Assembly (NCBI GenBank): GCA_944373095.1
Contig: CALWAK010000001.1
Location: 12,719-76,718, forward strand
Direction: 5' to 3'
DNA length: 64,000 nt
DNA from: an uncultured Bacilli bacterium
GTDB lineage: Bacteria; Bacillota_I; Bacilli_A; RF39; UBA660
The notes beneath the pieces were generated by a model. That model was not told the DNA's origin, ran no database searches, and saw only the letters and a program-made list of their open reading frames with translations. This document shows positions 9,549-18,800 of this stretch, piece by piece (within the stretch, counting starts at the first letter, position 1; each line of letters opens with the position of its first letter). Position numbers and translations under genes: made by a program.

Positions 9549-10286
9549 TTAAGAACAAGAAGTAGCATTTGTTATTATATATGCTTGATTGTTATTTATT
9601 GCCTGACTTAAAATTGGATCACTTAACATGTAATTTCTTAACTCATTCATATCTATATAACTATTTCTTATTATGCCAGGAAATTCAGGAATAATAGCTT
9701 GACGAAAATTAATTTTTCCATCTTTATATTCTTTTAAATAACTATAGCCATTGCTTGTTAAATATTCATTACTTAGTGATTTTATATAATTTTTAAAACT
9801 ATCATTAAAATGAATACAACAAATACTTTCTGAGCTACTATTAATATTATCGTTATTTTCAGATGAACTTTTTACTCCACCAACTAAAATTAAATCCATT
9901 TTATTAACTAAATTAAAGGAATTATTTACATCATTTGCAATATTTACCGAATTACTGTTACTTGAAATTTTAATACTAACTTTAGGTGGCAATTCATAAA
10001 TATCGTAAAATTCTATATTATATTGTTTAACTATTGTATTTGATTCTGCAAATCTTCTAATAAAATTTTCTAAAAATTTATCTTCGCTAATTTTAATATC
10101 GCCATATAAACGATAGTAAGAATAATCAATTGCATCAATCATTGCAGATTGAGTAACTTCTTTTAACATATAATAATCTTGGGTTGTTCCTGTTGTAACA
10201 CTATTTACTAGCATCATTACACCTATTATAAATACGCCTAATAAAATTAACCAATATGCCCAATATGTTGCTTTCAATATTATCAC
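9549..10286 (-). CDS. N-terminally anchored (single TM) protein, cassette-2 copy; possible pseudopilin/TadE-like accessory
   Basis: N-terminus ATYWAYWLILLGVFIIGVMMLVNS. The first about 100 aa are near-identical to 15096..15797 at both protein and nucleotide level. RBS AAGGAGTGAT. Confidence 0.55.
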   Translation of the reverse strand: MIILKATYWAYWLILLGVFIIGVMMLVNSVTTGTTQDYYMLKEVTQSAMIDAIDYSYYRLYGDIKISEDKFLENFIRRFAESNTIVKQYNIEFYDIYELPPKVSIKISSNSNSVNIANDVNNSFNLVNKMDLILVGGVKSSSENNDNINSSSESICCIHFNDSFKNYIKSLSNEYLTSNGYSYLKEYKDGKINFRQAIIPEFPGIIRNSYIDMNELRNYMLSDPILSQAINNNQAYIITNATSCS

Positions 10287-10343
10287 TCCTTGTATTCTAC
10301 TATTGCTATATTAATTTTAACATCTAATATTTGGATATACAAG

Positions 10344-10376
10344 AGCAAATAAAAAAGAGTGTTAATTACACTCAAA
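10344..10376 (-). terminator. Internal Rho-independent terminator between the TadC-like gene and cassette 2
   Basis: Transcript GAGUGU-AAUUA-ACACUC hairpin followed by UUUUUUAUUU; a TTGTAT-N17-TAAAAT promoter-like element lies immediately downstream. Confidence 0.5.
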
Positions 10377-10381
10377 AATTT

Positions 10382-11170
10382 TTATGATCCCATCATCTGT
10401 AAAACAGCGAATATTAATAAAACCATGACACCAAGTCCAGTTGCAATAAGCATACTCATTGTTTTATTCTCCATTTTATCTAATCTTTCTTTATATTTTG
10501 TATCACGAGCTTTTTGCTGTAATGAAGATATAGATCTTGAAAATGTTAATAATTGTTCTTGTTTACGTTCTTGCCTACCTAAACCTAAACGGTATAATAA
10601 ACGCATCATACGCATTGAATCTCTTACGGGATAAGTTCTAGCAAATTCCATATATGGTTCTATAGAAGAATCTCCTGCATTTATTTTTGCTATCATTGTA
10701 AGTAAACCTTTTTTAAAAATTTCAGGAGCTGTATCAACACTTTTACCAATTGCAACTGGTACAGTATAATGTTGTATTAATATCTCTAATCCCTTTAAAT
10801 AGTGTGGTAACATTGCATCAATAGTATGTAAATTATTTTTATAATAATTTTTTAATTTATTATAATCTAATTTAAAAACTAATATTCCAATTACAACTGC
10901 AACAATAAAATAAACATAACTTAAATTATTTATCATCAAACATATAATAATTAATGCAACTAATATCCCATTACTTATTCTTTTACCAAACAAATAATCG
11001 GGATCTACACCTTCGCCATATCTAGCTCTAACTAAAAAGTCATAATCATTTTCTTTAAATCTTCTAAAATAACTAACATTATCATTTATACACTTTTTTA
11101 CATCTATAACTTTAGTATAATTTAAAACTAACAAAAATAACCCACCTAATGCCAATATTTCAAAATACAT
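10382..11170 (-). CDS. TadC-like (type II secretion system F domain) inner-membrane platform protein
   Basis: 262-aa polytopic membrane protein; start overlaps the upstream stop (TAATG), as in TadB/TadC pairs. Confidence 0.55.
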   Translation of the reverse strand: MYFEILALGGLFLLVLNYTKVIDVKKCINDNVSYFRRFKENDYDFLVRARYGEGVDPDYLFGKRISNGILVALIIICLMINNLSYVYFIVAVVIGILVFKLDYNKLKNYYKNNLHTIDAMLPHYLKGLEILIQHYTVPVAIGKSVDTAPEIFKKGLLTMIAKINAGDSSIEPYMEFARTYPVRDSMRMMRLLYRLGLGRQERKQEQLLTFSRSISSLQQKARDTKYKERLDKMENKTMSMLIATGLGVMVLLIFAVLQMMGS

Positions 11171-12072
11171 TATTCTACCCCCACATCTTCATTGTAATAT
11201 TTTTCTCCTGAATGTAAGAAGTAACAGTTTATTAATATTATTCCATGTAACAATATTTTTACATACCATATTTCTATTAATTCAATATAAGAATCTCTAC
11301 CTAATAAAAATTGTATTACTGCAACTAGTAAAAAAAGTGCCATACCAAACGTTAAAAATTTCTTATGAAAGTTTGAACGATCCATTCGGTCACGATATAC
11401 ACCCTCTACTAAAGCATCAATATCGAGTGACATATTTTCTAAAGACTCTCCAGAATCTCTTGCACCTTCTTTAGTAATTTGATAAAAAAGTTGATGCATA
11501 TTTTTAATCATATAATATGGATATTTTTCGTTAAAATATGAAATAGATTGATCTATAGTACCATTAGCATAAGCCATATCTATCATCACTTTAACATCAT
11601 CTTTAACAGGTGACCCTAAAATTTGAGAATTATATACACCTTCTAAAGATTTTACAAAACTTTGAGTCGTATTAAATTCCATAATAACATTAGTACAGTA
11701 AGTTTGAATTTCTTCAAAAATATATTCTGAATATATTCTCTGAGTACGTAAATATGATAAATAAGGAATGGTAGATACAGCTGCAACTGCGTATATAACA
11801 GCCCAAACTAGACTATAAAAATATAAGTATGCTATACCACCAGCAACCCCTGCAAAAAGAATTATTTGGCCAATGTACTGCTTGATAGTATATTCTTCAC
11901 CTAATTCCTTAGTTTTTTCTCTTATTTGCTTATAACTATATGGTGCGTATTTTTCATACAAATTACCAATACCACTTTTTATAAATTTAAATGTTCCTTC
12001 AACATCAGTATCAGCATTTAATCTATAACTAATTGCATAAATTGCAAGAACTAGTAAAATTATTAATTCCAT
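11170..12072 (-). CDS. TadB-like (T2SSF domain) inner-membrane platform protein
   Basis: 300-aa membrane protein directly downstream of the CpaF-like ATPase. RBS GGGTGAT. Confidence 0.55.
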   Translation of the reverse strand: MELIILLVLAIYAISYRLNADTDVEGTFKFIKSGIGNLYEKYAPYSYKQIREKTKELGEEYTIKQYIGQIILFAGVAGGIAYLYFYSLVWAVIYAVAAVSTIPYLSYLRTQRIYSEYIFEEIQTYCTNVIMEFNTTQSFVKSLEGVYNSQILGSPVKDDVKVMIDMAYANGTIDQSISYFNEKYPYYMIKNMHQLFYQITKEGARDSGESLENMSLDIDALVEGVYRDRMDRSNFHKKFLTFGMALFLLVAVIQFLLGRDSYIELIEIWYVKILLHGIILINCYFLHSGEKYYNEDVGVE

Positions 12073-12081
12073 ATCATCACC

Positions 12082-13473
12082 CTATAATATATCTTCATTA
12101 TTATTTAAACTAATATTATTATTTAAATTTATATTAGGTTTAATTGTAGTATTTTCACTTGAAGATTGGGGATTATTCTGATTTAATATTGATGAATTTT
12201 GCTGAATAGAAGATATATTTTGAGCATAATTATTTTGATTATTGGTTAATGTAGTTGATTGTTGTGGGATTTGATTTTTATTAACATTGGCTGCAATACT
12301 AGCAAACACACTAGATTGCGTATTATTAGCATCTTTTAATACATCTTTTGTGTCTTTTAAAGCTTCAATTTTTGTCCTAGTATCTGTGCTATTATCTCCG
12401 TCTAATTCAGTATTACTCCCTAATCCGAATACATCTTCAGGTAACATAACATTTTGTATACTCATGTAATCTAACAATTTTTTTGTTGGATTTTTCAATA
12501 CAAAATGTCCATCAAGATTCTTTTTATAAATAATATTTACTTTTGGTTTGTTTTCTTCATCAACATAAAATTCACAAACTTCAATTATTTCTCTTTGAAA
12601 TCTATTATAAACTTTGCTAAAATATCCCTTTACGTATATTCCAATCTGGACATACCTATGAATGGTACTTAAAAACTGTTCTGGGTCTTGAGAAGATTCA
12701 AGTAATGAATACATACGCATTGGTATACTACTTGCTTTATCCGCATGAATAGTAGATAAAATATTATGACCAGATGAAATAGAATTTCGAACTGCCATAA
12801 CTGCTTCTGCACTACGTACTTCTGATAGTAAAATCCATTTAGGATTTTGCCTCATACAAGCAACTAATACGTCAGAATATGATGCTATATTATTAGTTTT
12901 CATTGCAACAATATCACGATGTGGAAAAATTTTATCTAAGTGAAGTTCTAAAGTATCTTCAATAGTAATAATTTTTTCATTTTCTTTTATGTGAGCAGCA
13001 AGATACTTTACAAGTTCAGTTTTACCAGAACCAGTTTCTCCTGAAACAATTATATTACAATGCCCTTCAACACATTTAATTAAAAAATCATGTAAATTCT
13101 CTATAACATACTTTTCATTTATTAATTTTTCTTTATTTAACCTTATTTTAGCAGGTGTTTTACGAATCAAACAAGCAATTCCATTTGTTGCTATTGAATC
13201 ATGAACAAAATTCATACGTAATTCTGCTGATTCTGCATCTAGCAATGGATGAGCCATATTAAAGGTTTTTCCCATTACATTAGAACATTGAAAAGCAAGT
13301 TTTTCCATAAAGGCATCATTAATATCCGGTCTATCAACTTGATAAACACCTTTAGATAATGTCTTTAACCAGACTTGTCCACCATTTGAGTAAGAAATAT
13401 CCGTAACATCATCCTCAGCTAAAAATTCTGCTAATGGGCCAAAGTCCATTTGCTCAAATATAGCACCATTCAT
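12082..13473 (-). CDS. CpaF/TadA-type secretion ATPase (VirB11-like) with a Q/N-rich C-terminal tail
   Basis: Walker A IIVSGETGSGKT, then ITIEDTLEL...ILLSEVRSAEAV...ILSTIHADKASS, matching CpaF/TadA motifs. About 110-aa low-complexity Q/N/S tail at the C-terminus. Confidence 0.8.
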   Translation of the reverse strand: MNGAIFEQMDFGPLAEFLAEDDVTDISYSNGGQVWLKTLSKGVYQVDRPDINDAFMEKLAFQCSNVMGKTFNMAHPLLDAESAELRMNFVHDSIATNGIACLIRKTPAKIRLNKEKLINEKYVIENLHDFLIKCVEGHCNIIVSGETGSGKTELVKYLAAHIKENEKIITIEDTLELHLDKIFPHRDIVAMKTNNIASYSDVLVACMRQNPKWILLSEVRSAEAVMAVRNSISSGHNILSTIHADKASSIPMRMYSLLESSQDPEQFLSTIHRYVQIGIYVKGYFSKVYNRFQREIIEVCEFYVDEENKPKVNIIYKKNLDGHFVLKNPTKKLLDYMSIQNVMLPEDVFGLGSNTELDGDNSTDTRTKIEALKDTKDVLKDANNTQSSVFASIAANVNKNQIPQQSTTLTNNQNNYAQNISSIQQNSSILNQNNPQSSSENTTIKPNINLNNNISLNNNEDIL

Positions 13474-13492
13474 AACATCAACCCTTTTCTTT

Positions 13493-14263
13493 TTAATTTA
13501 TTTGTGCACAATTATTTAATATATAATTTGTTAATTCACTAGAAGATACCATAGTAGCGCCCTCTTCTTTAGTATAATTTGCATTTCTTGGTACAGGAAT
13601 TATTTCAACATTTGAAACGTACTCACTTTTTTTCAACAAATCAAATAGTGAATCTTCTACTTCAAATAACATTGCAGCAGGTGTACCTCCAGAAATAGTA
13701 TTTTCTAACAATGAATTACCATTACTATCCTTAATTGCTTTAATTTTTATAGATTTTACAAGTATTGCCATAATTACCTTACCATTATCTTTTGCTTGCA
13801 TATATAAATCTATATAATCTCCAGGTCTTAAACGATTAGAATAAGTAGAATTATTATTAACTTTCAAAGAATAGACAGTATAACCATCCTGCATACTCAT
13901 AAACGCATAATCTGGCATCTCTTGTTCTTCTAAAATTACCTCTTTATAAAATAAACTTTTTGCCGGTATGCTAGTTGAATAACTAGAATAATAATTTATT
14001 AATTCTTCATCACTAGTTATTATATTCTTAGCCGAATTAACTAAAGAAGCAGGAACTTTAACATGTCCTATCATATCTTTTGTAATTTGGGTTTTTTTAG
14101 GGATTTCTTTTAAAGCATATGGTACAGTAACCAAATCTGTTGCAACACTTACGCGATAATTATAACCAATAACTAATGTTAATACTCCAAGAACAATACA
14201 AATAATTGTAACAGTGTTTTTGTTTTTTAAAAATTTTTTAAAAGGTGTTAAAATATTACTCAT
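13493..14263 (-). CDS. CpaB/RcpC-like Flp pilus assembly protein (N-terminal TM + SAF domain), copy 2
   Basis: N-terminal TM, then LVTVPYALKEIPKKTQITKDMIGHVKVPASLV SAF-like segment. C-terminal beta domain ends AMLFEVEDSLFDLLKKSEYVSNVEIIPVPRN. Paralog of 14278..15081. Confidence 0.6.
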   Translation of the reverse strand: MSNILTPFKKFLKNKNTVTIICIVLGVLTLVIGYNYRVSVATDLVTVPYALKEIPKKTQITKDMIGHVKVPASLVNSAKNIITSDEELINYYSSYSTSIPAKSLFYKEVILEEQEMPDYAFMSMQDGYTVYSLKVNNNSTYSNRLRPGDYIDLYMQAKDNGKVIMAILVKSIKIKAIKDSNGNSLLENTISGGTPAAMLFEVEDSLFDLLKKSEYVSNVEIIPVPRNANYTKEEGATMVSSSELTNYILNNCAQIN

Positions 14264-14277
14264 AAATTTCCTTTCTC

Positions 14278-15081
14278 TTATTGATTAACATAACTATTTT
14301 GAAAGTCAACACCAATATTAATTGATTTAGACAAAATATAATTTTCAATATATTGACTATCTATTGTTGGTTCTCTATCATAAGAAGAATAACTAGCATT
14401 TCTTGGTATTGGCATTACTTCAATACCACCACTAATATATTCTGTTTTTTTAAGTAGCGTATATAATTCATCAGGTACTGCAAACCACATTTGACGTGGT
14501 GATCTATCATCAGCTGATGATTCAAAGACATCATTTCCATTACTATCTAGTACCGCTAAAACTTTTATTCCTTCAATTAATCTTCCAAATATTATTTTAT
14601 TATTATCATCTACAGCTTTAACATATAAATCTACATAATTTCCAGTATATATTGAATTTCCATATGTAGAATCAATATCAACCGCTAAATTGTATGCAGT
14701 ATAACCATCCTTCATATCAGAAAATTCTGTTTTAATTGCTTCTTCAAAATTAACAATAATACTTGAATAGAAAAAACTATTTGCTGGTATTGTATTTCCA
14801 TATTTAACATAATTACCATTAATGCTTATAGAGTTAGTTACAATCCCAAGTGAGCTAGCAATCTTTTTAGGAATCTCCGTATATCCGATCATCTCAGCAG
14901 TTATTTGTGTACGACTAGTTATTTCAACTTTAGCATAAGGCACTTTTATTAGCGTTACCGCTTGATTTACCCTGTTATTATATATTGCATATAGTACTAT
15001 AATCCCAGCTAACACAATAAGAATTGTAAGCGTATTCTTATTACTTAATATTTTTTTAAATTCTTCTTTTACATTACCCAT
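14278..15081 (-). CDS. CpaB/RcpC-like Flp pilus assembly protein (N-terminal TM + SAF domain), copy 1
   Basis: TM (TLTILIVLAGIIVLYAIY), then LIKVPYAKVEITSRTQITAEMIGYTEIPKK (SAF), then VDLYV...KVLAVLD...WFAVPDELYTLLKKTEYISGGIEVMPIPRN, matching the CpaB pattern. Start set at the ATG at 15081 with RBS AAGGAGA. Confidence 0.65.
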   Translation of the reverse strand: MGNVKEEFKKILSNKNTLTILIVLAGIIVLYAIYNNRVNQAVTLIKVPYAKVEITSRTQITAEMIGYTEIPKKIASSLGIVTNSISINGNYVKYGNTIPANSFFYSSIIVNFEEAIKTEFSDMKDGYTAYNLAVDIDSTYGNSIYTGNYVDLYVKAVDDNNKIIFGRLIEGIKVLAVLDSNGNDVFESSADDRSPRQMWFAVPDELYTLLKKTEYISGGIEVMPIPRNASYSSYDREPTIDSQYIENYILSKSINIGVDFQNSYVNQ

Positions 15082-15095
15082 TTTATTCTCCTTAA

Positions 15096-15797
15096 TTAAC
15101 TGCAATAAGTAGCATTGTTAACAATATATACCCAATTTTTTTCAATAGCTTCTTTAAAAAATGGTTCGGAAAGCATTTCGCGACTTAATTCTGCAGCACT
15201 ACTTGAATTATGAATCCAAGCAAACTGACTAGATATTGCTTGTCTAAAATTTGTAGTTCCTCCATCATCCTTCCATTTTTGCAAATACGCATAATTAGAT
15301 ACATCATTAGACATTATATATTCTTTAAAATCATCATCAAAATGCAAGCAGCAAATACTTTCGTATCCACTAGTGCCACTAGAGCCATTATTTACTCCAC
15401 CAATTAATATAACATCAATAGTATCGACTAATTCAACTGCGTTATTAGAAGTGTTAGCAATATTAAATGAATTACTAACACTTGAAACTTTAACGCTTAC
15501 TTTAGGAGGAACTTCATGAATATCATAAAATTCAACGGTGTAATTTTTTGATAAAGTTGTAGATTCTACAAACCTTCTAATAAAATTTTCAGCAAATTTT
15601 TGTTCACTCATTCTTATATCACCATAAAGTCTATAATATGAGTAATCAATTGCATCAATCATTGCAGATTGAGTAACTTCTTTTAGCATATAATAATCTT
15701 CTGTACTTCCAGTAGTAGCACTATTTACTAACATCATTACACCGATTATAAATACACCTAATAATATTAACCAATACGCCCAATATGACGATTTCAT
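15096..15797 (-). CDS. N-terminally anchored (single TM) protein, cassette-1 copy
   Basis: MKSSYWAYWLILLGVFIIGVMMLVNS; paralog of 9549..10286. RBS AGGAGGAAG. Confidence 0.55.
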   Translation of the reverse strand: MKSSYWAYWLILLGVFIIGVMMLVNSATTGSTEDYYMLKEVTQSAMIDAIDYSYYRLYGDIRMSEQKFAENFIRRFVESTTLSKNYTVEFYDIHEVPPKVSVKVSSVSNSFNIANTSNNAVELVDTIDVILIGGVNNGSSGTSGYESICCLHFDDDFKEYIMSNDVSNYAYLQKWKDDGGTTNFRQAISSQFAWIHNSSSAAELSREMLSEPFFKEAIEKNWVYIVNNATYCS

Positions 15798-15808
15798 AAG
15801 TCTTCCTC

Positions 15809-18800
15809 CTAATCAAAGTCTTTTTCAACAATACATCCAGCAGCTTCTAATTGAGCTAAGAATGTAGAAGTATCATATGTACCACTACTATTCATACTTA
15901 ATGTATAATCATTAAATCCTAAACTATTGTTTTCTTGAGTATTGTTATACTCTAAAATTTTAGCACGACATGTAGCATTTATTACTATTTTAAAATCAGG
16001 TTCATTATTATAAATAGATTCACCAGCACTCTCAATATCTTCAATTATACTTCCAATACTAGTTCCATCATGAGTAGTACCAACCCAGTTAAAGCCTTTA
16101 CTATCAGAAGAATTAGGGAATAAGTTATTTAATGATACAGATTTTGGTGTAAATTCTAATTTCCCATTAACTATTATTGCGGAGCCCGTATCATTAGATG
16201 TTCCGTTATTTCCTTCTATAATTCCAAAACCTTGGCAATATTTTTGTTTTGGACATACTGCATTATATCTATCTACCATATTAATTGTCATTTTATTTAA
16301 ATTAATAACTTCATCACAGCATTCTTTATCAAGTAGTGCAGAAATACATTCATCTAAATCTTCTATATCCCCACTCTTACAAACATCACTAGCTAAGATA
16401 TTTGAACATACTTCGTTACCATCTGGAGTATTATCACAATTAGGGTCATCAATTGCACATACTGTGTATTTACATAAATATGAATCACTTTCATTAACTG
16501 TTAAGTATCCTTCTTGACCATTATTATTTCCCATAATACGTCCTAAAGTATCATCAGTCATAAAATATTGACCAATATTTTTAAATGTTAATTTGTAATC
16601 ATAAATACCTGCAGGTGTAGTTAATTTAATTGGATATACTAAGCCATCTGGTTTTGTACCATCTGGTCTATTCTTATCACCAATATCAATTAACGTACTA
16701 TCGTCTGTATTATCAGTAGTAACGATACCTTTATTTGGATGAGTATAGAAAGGAACGCTTGATTTATAATAAATTAATTCTGGTTCTTTTCTAGTACCAT
16801 CTAACGCCACACCAGGATCACCATATTTAACAATTCCAGTAATTCTCTTGTACTCGTAATAAATTTCATCAGTTGATTTTGTAGCATTTTCAATTGAACT
16901 ATTAGGAACTTTAACAGTAATTTTATTATCATCAGAAACGCTTGTAGAACAACTACCAGTTTCAACTACTGTTTCTTTATTATCTTCACAATAATATCCT
17001 AATGTTGTTGATGTTACTTCTTTTTCAGGTTGTAGTTTATTATTACCATTCATCATATCAATATATTCATTTTCAGCATAATCAAATCTAATTTCAGGTT
17101 CAAATTCATAAGAATCTTTTAACTTTTCTTCATCTGTCCAAGTAGTACAATCTTGAATTTTATCTACTTGATTATTTAATTTATTTAAAGCATCATTATA
17201 ATCTTTTTGAGCTGTAGAAATTCCATTATTTATGTTAGATAATAATTCATTATAGTTATTTTTCTTTATTGAATTTCCAAAAATATTATCAATTATATTA
17301 TTACCTGTGCCAGATGTTTGACTATTTTTACTACCCTCAACAATTAGCCTATGGCTTGCTGAACTAGTTAAGAGAACTATATTAGACTCAATTATATCAT
17401 GAGAAGTTGAAGAATTTTCAAATTTATATATAGAATATGTATAATTAATTATGCTATTTGATGTAGGATCATCTAAGCAATCGCTATTTTCTAATGCTTC
17501 TTTTTGAGCCTTATACTTATAGTATCTATTAACAGCATCTAATAAATCCTTCTTCTGCTCAACTGAATCTTTTAAAAACTTCTCTGTCATAACTTCACTA
17601 GTGACACAAGTCTTTTGACCAGCTAATCCAGCAACTGCATGATAATGTTTATCTAGATTTATTGAAATATATCTACCTTGAGCAAAGCCGTTTCCATTTG
17701 CAGAATATTGATTTAAGTTTCCAGGAACTTTAAAGGCATAATCCTCTTTACAATAAATTGCACAGTACCCATTATCTTCTTGTAATTCGTAAGTATTGCC
17801 ATTTGGATCTTTTCCTCCAGATACATTACCATCTTCACCTTCTTCTCCAATTATACAAGATTCCCATTTTACATTAGAATCTTTAGCTTCTGTACCTTCA
17901 ACAACATAAGTTACACTTGATGCATCATCACATGTATATTCTGCTACTGGAGTACAAGCACTATTAGAGTTACAAGTTTTATTAACTTTAAAATTTTCAT
18001 AATCATTTATATTTGAAACGCCACTCTTGTTAAAAATTAAGAATCTTTGTAATGTTCCAGATGAAGTTGTTGAAGTTGCAATACCTATATTAGCAACATC
18101 ATTTTCACCATTATATTTAGCACTTGCAAGTAATATTACCTCGCAAACATCTTCATCAAGATTAAATGCTTTTACTGTAACTTCCATGACATAATCTTTA
18201 TCTTTTTGCTTCCATTCACCTTTTGAAATAGTAAACATTGATGAAATGTCTTTTTTAGTATTATTATCAACTACATATAAATTCAAATCTGTTACTTTAC
18301 TTATATCAGTAACATTTTTAGCAGTGACAATAAATTTTATTCCATCTTCTACATTATCACCACTAGAATGACTTACATCTATACTTACTTCACTAGCACT
18401 AAAATCTTCTGATTTAGCTTTATTTAATACATCTTCATAAATAGCTCTTACATCACTTGTAACTGCACTATTCATATATGCTTGAGCTTTATCTTTGTAT
18501 GGGCCATTATCCCAACCTAAAAACTCATATTTACCATCCTTTATTTTACCTAATAAGAATCTTGAAACTTGGGTAGCTATATATAAATCTTTTGCAGTTT
18601 TTCCAGTATTAGCATAATAATCTCTATACAAAATATAAATTGCCCTACCAAATTCAGTATTTAAATCTACCGTATCTGTAATATTGTAATATGACCTACT
18701 ATCGCCATTTTCTTTTTGGTGTGGTCCATGCATTGCAGGATCTATACAAAATGCATCATAAATTGTAGTCTTATCATCTGTACAATTTGCAGTAGCTTCA

